A stretch of 64,000 nt of DNA from Vicugna vicugna (lineage: Eukaryota): the NCBI GenBank assembly GCA_013265495.1, contig MU058844.1:9568184-9632183 (forward strand), read 5' to 3'. Below are positions 37,569 through 51,444 of this stretch, piece by piece (position 1 is the first letter of the stretch; each line of letters opens with the position of its first letter). The notes under the pieces were generated by a model. The model saw nothing but the letters and a program-made list of their open reading frames with translations. It was not told where the DNA came from and made no database searches. A program made the translations under genes and the position numbers.

Positions 37569-37599
<31 letters not shown>

Positions 37600-37930
37600 G
37601 CCTGAGCAACTGAAATAATAAATTGTCATTTACTGCATAGGGAAGATAAAAAAATTCAGTTTTGCCCACGTGCAGTTTGAGATGCCTATTAAACATCTAA
37701 GTGGAGTGGTTGATCAGACAATTGGATTTATGACTTTATAGTTCAGAGGGAAAAAGCTAGACTAGAGATATAAATTTGGGAGTCTTCACCATGTGGTAAT
37801 ACGTAAAACCATGAGACTGAATGATTTCACTAAGAGAATAAGTGTAGCAGATAAGACACTGATGCCTGAGTCATCCTAACATTTTTAGATTAGGGAGATG
37901 AAGAAAAAATAGCAAAATAAAATAAAATAA
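36780..37930 (-). mobile_element. L2 LINE 3' portion
   Basis: gagcattccaggca...tttgagatgcctattaaacatctaagtgga...gagatataaatttgggagtc. Confidence 0.85.
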
Positions 37931-38807
37931 AGGGTGTCCAGGGAGGCAGTTCTTCATTTAGTCTATGATAGATTTTCTAAAGACACGCTTTGTTCAGTTT
38001 ACAGAAATACACCTCAGGTCAAAACAACGATGGATGAGTTGACGAGATCAGGAGAAATTGCACATGAACATCACTTAGCTTAAAAAGCTTTCACTTCTTA
38101 AAAAAAATTTCATAAAAAGCTAAGGGACATCTGCAAGCAAGCAAAATAGGATGGGAGTAGAGAGCACGAGTCCATGTCCAGTGATTGACAGTCTTTCTCT
38201 CTGGCTCAGCCATTGCTCACTGCCAGCAGGTGCGTCTCTCCGTCTCACTTGCAAGGCTTACCTGATGGTCTGTCTGCACGTGGCAGTTTGCAGGCAGCTC
38301 TGCACACTCTCAGGGACTCAGTGCCTCTCCGTCTGGCCAGCAGACCCAGGCGCTAACTGGGGAATCTGGACACTCTAGAAGGGCCTCCCATTAGGTTGCT
38401 TTGCAGTTGTATCAGCCTCCTTTATTGGTTAGACCCAAAGTTACATAAGCCATTATTACATCATTGATTATAGAGATTTTGCAAGTGGTGTCACTCCTTA
38501 TGAATATAGTCCAGAACTTCCTTTATTTACTTTTCAAAATGTACTTACATCTTTGAGGCATAGCAGGTGTTTATCTCCTTTGACTAAGGTGCTCTTTGCT
38601 CATCTGAAATAGAGTGAACATGTTTATAACTTTAACAACTAGTTAGAAGAACATGAAACAACTAGAAAAGAAAACCACTTTTGGTGGATAAGCTTATTTA
38701 CCACCTTAAGCACAGCAAAACAGATTTTTATTCATTCTGTTAAACTGTAGGATGAAGCATATTTGACATATTTGAAATATTATTTCAAACAGGACCCATG
38801 ACCGACC

Positions 38808-39315
38808 ATATTATCACTCTTCTGCTTCAGATTCTTTAAGGGCTTCCTGTCATTCTTAAGACAGAGACCGAAATATCTAAAGTGGCTTCAGGGATCCTAC
38901 AAGGTCTGACCTCAGCACATCTCTAGTTTGACCTCAAAATAATCCTTTTCATCCACACTGATTGAACCCCTGTTTAGTGCAGAGACTTTGTATGCAGCTC
39001 CCTCTGCCTGGAAATCTCTTGCCTAAACCCACTGCCCAGTTACCCTGCATTCACCCAGTTAACTTCCTTAAATCTCCCATCATTGTATTTCTTTCTCAGG
39101 GAAGCGTTCCCTGACTCTGCAAACTGTATCACTTGCTCTTAAAGCACCATATGTTTTTCCTTTCTAACCACTGTATCTTTTGTAATTAAACTTTTATCTG
39201 AATAATTATTTGATTAATACCTTCCCAATTAGAAAGTACACTCCATTGCATTCCAGCAGTTAGCACAATGCCATGTTACCTAGTAGGTTTTTATTAATAT
39301 TTGTTGAATGAATTA
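38808..39315 (+). mobile_element. L2 LINE 3' end
   Basis: ccctctgcctggaa...ctcagggaagcgttccctgac...atatttgttgaatgaat. Confidence 0.75.
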
Positions 39316-39367
39316 ATAAACAGAAAGTACTTGTCATTGGGTTTTGGTGGAACAGCGCAGCTTTCTT

Positions 39368-39556
39368 TTCCTTTTCATTTTTTCTTTTCTTCCTATTTTA
39401 TGTTTATTGACATATAATATTAATTTCAGGGATACAGCATAATGATTCAATATTTGTATATGTTGCAAAATCATCACCACAGTAAGTCTATAAGTTACAT
39501 TTACATACATAGTTACATTTTTTCTAGTGATGAGAACTTGTAAGATCTAATCTCTT
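39368..39556 (-). mobile_element. Short 5'-truncated L1 3' end (L1MA-like) with TSD
   Basis: Degraded poly-T tail; tacagcataatgattcaatatttgtata; TSD AGCGCAGCTTTCTT (39354-39367) and AGCACAGCTTTCTT (39557-39570). Confidence 0.85.
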
Positions 39557-40609
39557 AGCACAGCTTTCTTACAGTGTTTATTTTTTTCACTTAAAAAATC
39601 CAAGTTGGAAAGAGCAAGTTACATTGAGAAATTCTGCATGTAATATAGGCATCTCACAATTACCACAAAACTGAATTTTTTACCTTAGTGATGCAGAAGC
39701 TAGGAGAATGGATACTTGTCATTCATGCACAGTGAGCTTTCAGACAACAAATACGACCTCTTGTCAGTCTAGGTATCTAAAATCTATGCATTACTTTTAG
39801 AAGAGCACAGCTTACCAAGAAATAAATGTGAGTGGAATTTGACTCATCCATAGTTCTTATAATGAATTTTGGGATTTTTATAGAACATAACGACAATGCT
39901 TGTGGGTATGAGTCATGAAATGCCTGAATCGAATATGCTCACATTCAATGAAAGAGAGAATTTTGACAACTCTGTTGACACTTCAATGCTTCCACTAGAT
40001 ATTTTTAAATTGTAATATATATTCTGGGTTGACCAGCATCCAGATTCCTTGATTATTGTTTAATAGGCTTGCAGAAGAATTCTGGATTGCCATTGGTCTC
40101 ATGCTGCCCAAAGATTTATTACATATCTGCGTGGAAAACCACAGCATTGTTCTTCCTGTCTGAGAGGAGACATTTTTGCCTCAGTGCCTACTGACTGCCC
40201 ACCTCCACAACCCCCCCCCCTTTGTTTTTAACTCTAAGCCCAAACACTCACTTTTTTCTTTGTTTCCTTGCCTTCTCCTTGGATCATTTGGTTAGCGAGA
40301 CAAAATGGGGTACCACTTGTAGGCTAAGAGATTTGGAGTTGATTTTAGGCTTAAATGAGTCAAAGGAAGGGGTCTTGTCAAGTGTGGAGTAGAAAAGGGC
40401 AGAAAGTTTGAAGCGGGGAGAGTTAGGAACAGCAAAGAACTGAAGATCTTGCCCCACTGGGGCAGTGTGCCTTCCAGACGACAGCTTTCTCACTGCGAGA
40501 AAGCAGCAAGCTTGACAGTCAAGCAGACTCTGTTAGCAAAATTATAAAGCGTTAATTAAGCTAGACTCTGAAAAAGTTGCACTCATTTTTGCCCTTATTT
40601 GTGCCTTTT

Positions 40610-41390
40610 CGTATAATGCTGTTTTATTTTCATCATAGCACTTATCACTACCTAAAATGTTCTTACTTACCTGCTTATTATTTTATTGCTTATCATTTAT
40701 TTGTTTGTTAGTTTATTGTCTGTAGTCTCCTTAGCTCTATTCTGTCCTTGACAGTTTTTTTCTGAACTGTATTCCCACTACCTAGAAAAGCATATGGCAC
40801 TGAGTAGACCCCCAAGAAAACTTTACAAAAGGAATTAAAACATGTTTGAAGTCCCAATATATATTTCTGTCTTCTCTGTTAAGTCATTCCCTCTGTACAT
40901 TATCCTGGAGTATATTTCATTCATCCATCCAGCCAGTCACTCGTTTGTTTGTTCATTCCTTCGTTCACTCATTTATTTATTCCTGCAACAATCATTCACT
41001 GAGTGTGTGGGGGATGCTAAACATTCTGAGAAACGACGAGGCTATATGGTTGAAGAAAACTGCTTGCAGTAGTCTGGAGAGGAGACAGGAAGTGCCGGGC
41101 CGTAATACAGATGTCCACAGGCTTTCTTGCGAGTGCATAGGAAAAAGCTACTAATCCAGCCTTGCAGGGGCAGGAAAGGCTTCCTAGAGAAGAGATCCTT
41201 TAAACTGAGATCTGAAGAGTGAATAGAAGGGAATTGCATTTCAGGAAGAAGAAACAGCAACTCCAAAGCTAAAATAGAGCCTGGCACGTGTTGAGAGCTA
41301 TGTTGTTCATCTGACAGATCCCAGCAAGGACACAATACACTGCCCATAGTAAGTACTCAAGAAATATTTACCACAATGGTTGTATGGTTT
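40610..41390. mobile_element. Cluster of L2 3'-end fragments in both orientations
   Basis: catagcacttatcac...; ttcattcatccatcc...aaggcttcctagagaag...ctgagatctgaag. Confidence 0.6.
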
Positions 41391-42369
41391 CTTCACTGAA
41401 AAACAGAATAATTGTGGAAACTAAAAAAATCATCCATCATCCATAATGAGTTATTCTGTGCTCTCCTTACCTTGATTTAAGATCTATATAATTTCGGTCT
41501 CCTGCTGTATCAACACATGGCTGAATAGCATTCATCTACACATATTCTGTGTTAAATATCTTATAGGGCAGAGTCTGTGTCTTATATGTGGTGCCATTGC
41601 TGCATCACACTTCACATTTTGATGGCACAGCAGCTCCTGTTATGGATGATGAGAAGGACATGAATACCAGTCAGTTTCCCAGCCCAGACCCTCCATGTCT
41701 CAAGGGAGTTCATCACCCACCTCTGTCTTAGGAGAAGGAAAGCAGGTGCTTAAAACCTATTGAAAAGCTTTCACTGTTTGGCAAAAACAATAAATTCAAT
41801 TATTCGTTCCGTATCCTGGGTCTTCAATATATTCCATGCTAGTTAATTCAGAATTACTTTGGAGGATTTCTTGGCCATCATAATTCATGGCTAGCTTCTC
41901 TCTGTTCTTTATGGTTTCTAGCCAACTCCCATCTGTTTTGTAGTTTCAGTAGGAACTTGTCACAGAAGAGATTCACTGCCTACCTAAGGTTCAAAGGAGT
42001 AGCACAAAAGCTGCGGAGATGTTTCACATCTCAATCTGTAAGAAAAATGCAAATGCTAGTACCCAGGGAACATAGGAAGCCTGTTAGTCAGAAAATGTGC
42101 CAGTTATTATGGAGATCATGAAAAGACATCCAAAACACGTAGTTCAATAATTCCTTCACTCTAAGACAAAACCACAAACATCATATGCAATGGAACAGGC
42201 CCCTAAGGAGAGGAATTGCTGGGACGAGGTCAGTTATAAACCGACATAACATTTAGCATCCTACCTTCATGGCCATCTCAACCCCACGGCCTTTAATCAT
42301 CTCCAGTTCATTCCCTTTTCTCTCTTTTCCTCATCCTTCCTCCCTTTCCCTGCAAAACATGTACAAAAT

Positions 42370-42636
42370 TAGGAACTTTAAAACAATTTTATTTTGTTGA
42401 CACCATTTAAAAATATAACAGTTTTACACAAAATTTGAGATTCTTAGTTTCTCTTAAGAAAACTTGGGCCTGCCTTCTTCCTTGATGATAATTAAATTGC
42501 GAGAGCTGGCACTGTAAGCTCCCTGGGTTCTCTGTTTGCCCCAGTCCTCACTAATCCCTTTAATCACACACAGACTCTTTCACATGTTTACATTATCTAT
42601 CTATTTTCTATAGGCGTTTGAGTTTCATTTCTCTGG
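42370..42636. mobile_element. MER102-like hAT-Charlie fragment
   Basis: gtttgccccagtcctcactaatccct...taggcgtttgagttt. Confidence 0.55.
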
Positions 42637-43961
42637 TTTCTCTTTGAGTGCCTGTGTATCTTTTAGGGTGTATGTCATTGAATGTCTCCTCTTGTAGTTA
42701 TTGATCCAAGTTCTTCCTCTTACTCAACTCTTAGCTCTAGAAGAGTTCTTTGCTTCATTTTTGGATTTCCAAAGGGCCTATCATGATGTTCAATGAATAT
42801 CTGATGGGAAGATAATGCTGTAGATGAGAGAACGCCACAGAGTAGAGAAAGGACTGCCGTCGGAGTTAGGATGTCTGGCTCTCATGTTAATGAGCTGTGT
42901 GATCTTTGGCAAGATACATGCCATCTGAGGGTCTCAGTTTCTGTGTTTTTAAAAACAGAGACGTTAGTTTGGATAACCATCACTTTCTCTTTATTCTAGA
43001 AATTTATGATTCTAGAGTTCTTTGAGCTGAACTTTCCTCAATTTCTATAAATTTGCCGCCAGATCACAAAATCCCCACCCGCTTCCCCACTGAATATGGG
43101 TTGGAAGTTATTCTGATTATAGTTTTGCAAAGGCAGGCAAGAGAGCATGTCAAGGAAAATAATACTTGGCACATTGTGAATGAGATTTTAAACCAAATAT
43201 TTTTAGACTGCATTTATTCTTTGATGTGCCGTTATCTGAATCGTCCTTGCAGGGCTCCTGTTTCAGATGTGATTTAGAGTTAATAATATGGTAAGAATCA
43301 AGCAACTCTGTCTTCCCAGTTATGCCACACAAAAGGGAGAACTCATGATGAAGAATTTGCCGAGTCATGTGTTCCTTTATTTTCTGCAGAGCAGAGAGAA
43401 TTCTGTTGCCACTTGAAAGATAAATAATAATAATTGTAATATGTTCTTCTTTATTCCCAGCAGGGCTGTCAGAATCTGAATTGTACTTTTCTGCAATCTG
43501 GCACCTGGGGATACAGGCTCCCTGGTGTCTTTGGGAGGCTCAGAATCATGTCAGGGTATGTTCTCTTTCCCCTGTCTTGGCCTCAGACTGGATGTCTCAA
43601 GTAAAGGAAGTGACTGTCTCCTTAAAATGTATCACTGCAGAAATATTAATTAACCATTGGAGGAAATTTTAAATACAAATAAAATTTTATATTTTTATAA
43701 ATTGAGAAACATTAGAATTGAAATAATCTAAACTGTTGCCATGCAGACAGTTACTCTTAACAATTCCAAATTCAAGCAAGTGCATGTAATTTTGAAACGG
43801 GTATTTGTCATTTTATCTTCTGGTATCTTTCCCCTTCCTACCAGCACTCTGCTACCCTAAGGAGTTCCATGTCTACCTCCCTGGTGCATAATGTTGGTGA
43901 GATGGCAAATTCAGTATTAGGGAGAAACATTGTTTCCCAACTTTTACGTTTCTATATGGAG

Positions 43962-44160
43962 CAGTCTCTCTCAGCCTGAGCACCACTGACATTTTGAACC
44001 TGGCCTTTTTTTGTTGGAGAGCTGTCCCATGCTTTGTAGGATGGTTGGCAGCATCCCTGGTCTTTGCCCACTGGATGCCAGTAACACCCTTCCATTTTAA
44101 CAGCCAAAACTTTCTCCAGATACTGCCTCTGGGGCCAAAGTGTCCCTGTTGAGAACTAGC
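43962..44160. mobile_element. MER20 DNA transposon
   Basis: cactgacatttt...tgtaggatggttggcagcatccctggtctttgcccactggatgccagtaacacc...gttgagaact. Confidence 0.9.
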
Positions 44161-45219
44161 AGTAGAATGTGACTGATAAAAGAGTAAGATTCCGGGCCTC
44201 TTGGGAAGGAAAAGTGACTTTGCTGTTTGGAGACTTTGAGGGAAAGAACTAAGGCGCAGAGCCTGCACCTTCTAGATTCCCTTTGGAATCTGTTTGTTCC
44301 CAGAGAATATATGATGGTCTGCCCTCAGGCTTCTGGTAGTACAATTGGGGCTTGTAGTTAGGGTGGTGGTTTACTCAGTTAAGTGTTCATTTTTCTTCTG
44401 TAAACCTAGCTGATAGAATTGCACAACAGGGCATTCTTTATGATGGTTGCATAGTGAACTTGAAACTGGCATGATTTAGGTGGGTGGCTCTGGAATGTGG
44501 GATTTTGTGAGTGCAAGCTACAAGCTACATGATTATTTTGACCTTGACAGGTCATCAGCTTAGACTGGCTTTATCCTCAGGCAGTTGACTGTATCTCAGC
44601 AAAAACGGACCATGATCACCTTGGCAGATGTTGACTGCTTGGGCTCCAGAATGCAAGCTGCTGTTGCTTGACTGTAAATTGTATTCTGTCATAGCTCTGC
44701 AAAGGAGACAGAGAAGTGGGTTCATTCTTTTTGCATATTGATGGGGAGAGAAATATTTGCTGCTTATGCTCTGTTTTTTGGGTTTTTGTTTGTTTGTTTG
44801 TTTGTTTTTGGCCAAGCCTTCGGATTGGGACTTTGAAGAGCAGAGGCTGTTGAGTTCCAAGTGGACTCCACTCGTGAATTTCAGACTTAGAATTATTAAT
44901 GCCAGGCCTAGACAGAGCTAGGTCAGCTGCCTGGAATTCCATCTTTCGTTTTGTTGTCTTTAACTGCATTCTTGGCAAAGTAAGAGCTACCACCTTTGAT
45001 TCCTGTTTCCTGTCGACACGTTTGTGCGTGTATACCCTCCACTGCCATCACCACAGGGTCTCAGAATGGCTGTGGCTTTGTTCACTATGTAAGTTCTGAC
45101 CTTAGTTTTAAATTTCAGGGGCCCAAACTATGATTTTATTCATATTAGGTTGGTCAATTTTGGAAATCATGAAAAAAAAATTTATGTAGTTCCTTACCAT
45201 AAAGAGAATATTCCTTCTT

Positions 45220-46900
45220 GGTTAGAGGCAGAAAACAACCCAAAGAAACTTTGCAAAACTAAAGGTTATGAAAGTAATTAAAGAGGCCTATACCTGGGAC
45301 CACATATTTCTTGGAATCACAGTTCCTAAGATGTTAGAAGATGATTTGGAAACATAGGTTTTAGCCATCTACTCAGAAAGGAGCAAGAGAAGAATAAAAA
45401 TAAAGGAGGGCAAATAAGTAAACTTGAGGAAGTGAAAGCAGTCCTTAATTTTAAGATCATGGATGTTAATCTAGACAGATATGAAGAAAAAGCAGCATTA
45501 GATCCTCAAGGCTACAGTATAACAGATATTAAAAAAGAAAAAGAAAATGCTTCCAGGTCTCATTTCTTTTAAAAAAACATATAATATAAAGGAATTATTC
45601 TTGTTATTCACAAAGAATAACTGGGATCCAATAACTTCTCGTAGAGGAAGAGAAGCAAGATATTAAGGAACAGGTTAAAATGCTGCATGAAGAACAGGAT
45701 TCAGGAAATTACTAACCTTGAACCACACAATTAGTTCAAGTAGAGCTGCAGAGTCAAAGTGAGCTCACTTGGAAAACCGCCTTGAATACCTGTGTCAAAC
45801 AGGTTTAATATAGAGACTTTGGACCTATTAAGAAAGATGAACTAGGGACATTGTTGCAGAAACTCAGGAATTGCTTGGTAAACTTTCAAGGTGACTGTAA
45901 AGGGTCCAGGAAGTTTTGACATTGTGAGTCCAAGTGAAGGCACAGGCCAGATGAGACTTAAACAAAACTGGGCAGAGCAAGAATAGAGTCCATGCCTGAC
46001 CTGAATGTTTGTCTGTTAGAAGGGTGTCTCCCAGGTGAGATTACCAGGCTTGGGGAAGATGAAGGTGGACATAATTTGTTTGAATTGTGGAAGCTTTTAG
46101 CAGCCCCACACACTTCATATTTCTGTCTCTGGCAGACACCGATAAGACAGAAATCTGGAGGAATATGTAAGAAAAATAAAGCCTGAGCCAGAGAACAAAG
46201 AAAGGAAGGGAAGGAACGAGATGTTCAGATTTGACCATCAGTGCTAGTTCTATCTAACTGAATTAGAAAAGGGAGCAGTTTAAGGATCAGGTAGACTGTA
46301 AAAGCTGAGCTGGACTCTTCTAAGAAGAGTAGGAGAATATTAACAGGACATAAAGAAAATATCACAGCTCTGTAGAAAAATATGCATGAGAAGGATCTGG
46401 AACCTTCAAAAGCTTCAGGAAGACAATGTCTTGGGGGAGTACGTGGCAGAGGAACTGGTCTTTACTGGACCCTGGGACACAAGCTTCACAGTTGCGACAG
46501 CAGCATCAGTTCAGGAATCTGCTTAGGGTGATTCTGCCCCTGAACAGTTGTGGAGATCATTTGAAAACCTTCCCAACCCTGCTGGTTTCACAAGCCACAA
46601 AAGTACCACAAGAAAGCAATAAGAGCAGCCACTATGCTTGTGCCCAGGAGAAACTGGAGGCTTTGTCAATTAGCTCAGAATCACAGCCCAAGAGTCACAG
46701 AGTCTAGTGGGAGATGGAAATAAAGATGTTTTGAATATTCTGAACAAAAACAAATTAGACCTTGTCACTGGGAATCCCACGTTGCAAGTTTTTAAAATTT
46801 ACAAGGAAATAGCAATATTACCTTGTGTCTAGGTAAGCATTTGTCAGGCTGATTAGAAAGGAAAATTATTCCAGAGAAAGGGAACGGTGTCTTCAGGACT
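45220..46900 (+). mobile_element. Highly decayed Gypsy-type LTR retrotransposon internal region (MamGyp-int-like)
   Basis: Purine-rich. Frameshifted RT-like motifs TPIRQK (46136-46153) and IRKGSSLRI-x-VDCK-x-L (46262-46307); integrase-tail-like GRWK and PTLQVFKI near 46710-46800. Confidence 0.45.
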
Positions 46901-47243
46901 AAGAAGTGTGACATAAATGCTACAGTTGGAGGATTGCAACTAGGTCAAGCCAGGAAAGGGGGTAATGGTCAGAAATGAAGGCAGAGGCCAGATCTCATGT
47001 GAGAGGGGAAAAAAAAAAAGCCTGATCCACAGTGGGTACTAGGTGTGTTTTAGAAGGGAATATGAAACCAAACAACAAACAAGTTTTTTTTTTAAGCTTT
47101 AATAATGGAAATACTTCTATCATTAGGAAGTGTCTTAGGAAAAGCAGCAGCTCACAGTATTCATGGTGAGATTGATAAAATTGAGCTGGGAAGGGAAGAG
47201 GTGCTCCTGGAAGTGGCAAGTTAATTACGTCTACTATAACCAT

Positions 47244-47665
47244 TGTCTATTGCTGTGTGACCGTGTGAGAGCAGTGTGCCCCCAAATTTAGTAGCGTAAA
47301 GCAACAAAAATTCATTACCTTTATGATCCTCTGTGCTGGTTGGGTGGCTCTTTTGCTGGTCTCACTTGAGCTTTCTCACGGGGCTGTGCTGAGTTGGTGT
47401 GTCGCCTGGGGAGCTTGCTCAGCTGGGGCAGCTGGAACGGCGGGGTCTTTCTCTGTACTCTTATCCTCAAGAAGGCTCGGTTAAGCTGCTTTACAGGGTC
47501 TGAGTTCCAAGTATGGGAAGACGATAGCTGCAAGGCTTCGTGAGTTCTAGGTTCAAGAACCTGTGCCACATCACTAACACCACATTTTATTCATCAGAGC
47601 AAGCCACAAGATCAGCCCACGGTTGATATGTGGCAAAATACTGTGGCCATCTGTTTTCAGTCCAC
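47244..47665 (-). mobile_element. MLT1H/I-like MaLR LTR
   Basis: tctattgctgtgtgac...ccccaaatttagtagcgtaaagcaac...agcaagccacaagatcagccca. Confidence 0.8.
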
Positions 47666-47859
47666 CTAACCAATTAATAAACCTTTGATATTTTGTGATG
47701 AAAATCAGTCGAGAACTGACCTCAAGGATCTGAATTAAAATCCACTGAGCAGCCTGTGATGCCATCCCCGAATTGCCCCAAGTCTTAGGTCTTAGGCTTC
47801 TGTAGATGCTACGCACAGAGTGGCCATGCATTGTATGGGTTAGTCTTCCCACTCCCACA

Positions 47860-49130
47860 CAACTTTTTGTTTTCCGTAGAATTAATTTTTGTTTCCTTCA
47901 CTGTTGTGTGCATTTTTTGGTATGTTTATATTAAGTCCATCCCCTTACTGTCTTTCGTGTTACTGCCTCTTGATACATTTAAAAACAGAAGGTATCCTTC
48001 AGTTTTCTCTTCCTGAAGAGATTTATTCTGGTGAATCCTGTCTTGCTCCGATCTGACTGGCCTAACGTTTGTCCCCTTGAAATTTCCCATTGACCCATCC
48101 TGGTGTTTGCTTTCTCGTTTCATGTATTGTATGTCTCACTTGTTCTTGGTAAGACCCTCCTACTAGTGAAATGGATCCTTTAATAACTTTCTGAAAGAAG
48201 GTACATTGTTTTGAAGCCATGCATACCTATTAAAAATGTCCTTTTTCTGCCTTCACACTTAATTGAAAAAAGTCTAGGTCAAAAGTGATTTTTGTACAGA
48301 ATTGTGAAGGCATTGTTCTGCTTTCTTCTATCTTGCAGTTGCTCTTGAATGTTTATTGCCTTTCGGATGGTGATCCCGTGTCTAAATGTGGTTCTCTCTG
48401 GTAGGTTTTAGAACCTTCTCTTTGTCATGGACATTCCGGAGCTGCATACTGATGTTATTTGGTTTGGGTCAGTGTTCACCCATTGTGCACCCGGTGGACA
48501 TGTTCATTCTGACAATTCTGTTCTTTATTTCTGGAGAATTTCTTGAATTTTTAAAATTACTTCTTTCTACTGCTTTCTTTATGCTCCTCTTTTAGAATTC
48601 TTATTATTTGGATGTTAAACCGCTTGGCCTGGTCCAATAAAAAGTCTCATCATTTTTCTGCTGTTTGCTCTCTCTCTTTTACTTTCTAGGAGATATATTT
48701 AACTTTATTATTCAGTTCTTCTCTTGACTATTTCGTTGTTATATTTTATAGTTCCATGATCTCTGTTTTGCTCTCCAAATATTCCTTGTTTTTAGGATTC
48801 TTTCTTACTTCAATGTACATAATTCCTAAGCATCACAAAGGTGTCTGTTCCACCTACTGCTGCATCCCTAGTGCCTGGCACACAGTAGGCCCTTAAATAT
48901 GTGCTTAATGATTCTCCATGGGGCTATTTTTATAGGTTTTCAGGAAGGTTTTTTTTTTTCTCTGCATAGTGTTTGTTTCCTCCAAAATTTTACTTTCTTT
49001 TTATTTTGGCTTCTTTCATTGTACATCTGCTGATTCTTAGTTGTCTGCTCATATTTAGAAGCTCGACTCTGAAAAGCTGATCAGAAGCTCTATGTACACG
49101 AGAAGAACTGGTTGACAGTGGATCTTACAG
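47860..49130 (-). mobile_element. HAL1 (half-L1) fragment, with an L2 end at about 48835-48910
   Basis: ttgtctgctcatatttag...aaaagctgatcagaagctct; T-rich ORF1-like antisense body. Confidence 0.65.
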
Positions 49131-49789
49131 AATTAGTCAGAATTTAAAGTGTTCAGTCTCAGTTTTTAGCACACATTTACTTAGATTTAACTGCAGAGTG
49201 TTCTTAATCATATGAGATGTATTTAAATTTCTGGTTTTAACATGTTTTATCATTTTCCTCATCTTCCTGAATTCCTCTTAATCCTTACCATAATAGTCTG
49301 CTTAGAGTAGGGGCACATCAAATGCTTTCTCTCTTAATTTTACCATCCAAATATATTCATATAAATATCCAAAACAGGTATACAAGGATATACATTGCAG
49401 TGTTGTTTGTAAACAACCCAAATGCTCATCAGCATGGAAAGTGTAAAATAAATGATGGTATTATATGACCATCATTAATGGAATACTGTACTGATTGTAA
49501 AGAGCATGAGGGAGACCTACATGTGCTTATATGGACTTTTGTTTTAAGCAAGGTATATGTCAAAAAAAAAATAGATGGTATTCCACTTGTATAAAAAACG
49601 AACAGGCACGGAATGATTTATCCCATTCCTACAAATAAAGGCTGGGTTGTTGTAGGTGGCGGAGGGAACACAGTCTCTACCTCCTTTGGTAACTTACTCT
49701 AGGGATTAATAAAAAAAACTATAACAAGAAAACCATCTCTATTGTCTTACATAACCTCAAAACAAATGTTAAGTTATTTATGTATTATT

Positions 49790-50005
49790 CACTGTATTTC
49801 AGGTTTATGTACATGTATACTTCGGGTACTTTACATGTATTGACTTTAATTCTCACAGCTAAATATAAAGTACACACTATTATTGTCCCCATTTTTAGAT
49901 GAGGATGCTGAAGCACAGGAAAATTAGATAATTTGCTTGGGTTTATTACTTAGGAGTTGAATCTACAAAATTCATGTCCAGAACCTATTCTTTGACCACT
50001 ATACT
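49790..50005 (-). mobile_element. MIR SINE
   Basis: tattattgtccccatttttagatgaggatgctgaagcacag. Confidence 0.8.
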
Positions 50006-50295
50006 ATCATATTTATTTAATCATTATAAGTTGAGTGTTTTGTTACTTTCAGCCCAAAGAATTTCTAGCTGATATATGATTGGAAGGATCAACTTTGATT
50101 ACTTTAAAATAACAGTTGATTATTCCTAAGAAAATTAGTTTTTAAACCTTTTGATCAAACTGCTATTTACTCACATCTTCCTCTTTACTGGGTTATAACT
50201 CCTATTGGTGTTTCACTTTTATATCTGCATCCTTACAAAGACATGAATTCCAGACTTGCATTTCTCTCACCTGGCGCTGAAAGCAGCCAAGAAAT

Positions 50296-50502
50296 ATTCG
50301 TAAACTTGAAATCTAAGAGGTAGATTTTCAGCACAGGAAAAAAGAAAATGGTAACTATGTGCGGTGATGGATTGACAGGTATGTTAAATTAGCTTTTTGT
50401 GGTGATCACCTCACAATGTATACGTACGTCAAAATAACAAACAGTACACTTTAAATATAAACAATTTTTATTGTCAGTTTTACCTCAATAAACCTGAAAA
50501 AA
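50296..50502 (+). mobile_element. L1 3' end (L1MA9/L1MB-like)
   Basis: atggtaactatgtgcggtgatgga...gtggtgatcacctcacaatgtatac...tacctcaataaacctgaaaaaa. Confidence 0.85.
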
Positions 50503-50993
50503 TCAACATTTGCACTTACATACTTTTCCTGGATGTCTTGTTTTCTTGTAGCTAGAGATACAGCAGCTAGAGATTTAGTTGCAAACTGGCAGATTCATCA
50601 TAGCTGGACTCAGGCTAGACTCAGGATATACATTCTCCCCTGTAGCCTCCTTTTACCTCTGAATAAGGCCAAACAGTGCCTTCATAAGCTTATAAAATGC
50701 ACTGTAGTTAAACCATACTTACGTATTATGACTGGTATGCCAAATTATTTCATCCCTACAATATTAAAGAAAATATAAAAGATGAGAATAATATATCCTT
50801 AAATACTCTAACCCAGTTCCCATTCTTATATTTTAAAAATTATTTGATTGGGGGGTAGTTGGTTGATTTTATTTTTAAATGTCCTAGGAGCCCCTGGAAG
50901 CCTTCCTATCTATGATCCATCTTACTCTCGTGATAGACCCTGACTGGTCCTTTCTATAGCATTGTCTCCTACTGAGAGAAAACATTTTCAAAG

Positions 50994-51444
50994 GGTAGTG
51001 GACACTGTCATTGGTGCTCTCTGCCCAGGTCCCTTCACATCACTTTGATCTTGTCTGTGTGTCCCCTTGCATGTTCTGTGTGCCTTGTTTTTACACAAAG
51101 TGCTGACCCTGGCTAGAGCCACTTTGCCTGCAAGTGCAGATGGCAGGAAGTTCCTGGGAGGTCCCCAGCAGGGCCCTTAGAGAATGACTGACTTGATACT
51201 CAAATATAAAATCTTAGATCCTTTGCCTGCAGTGGGGACAAATTCTGAGATAGAATCCACTGAAATCAGGCTGATGCTGGAGCTTTGTCTGAAATCACCT
51301 CTTTTCTTGGCTTCTTCCCCTTCCCTGTTTTGATTTACTCACACATACCAGACTTTTCTGGGAACACTCCTTGAGTAAACTACTTGCACATGAATCCCCA
51401 TCTTGAGATTTACTTCTGGGGATGCTGACTTCCTAACCTAAGAT
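50994..51444 (+). mobile_element. LTR16-like ERVL solo LTR
   Basis: gtagtggacactgt...cttgcacatgaatccccatctt...ttctgggga...aacctaagata. Confidence 0.8.
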
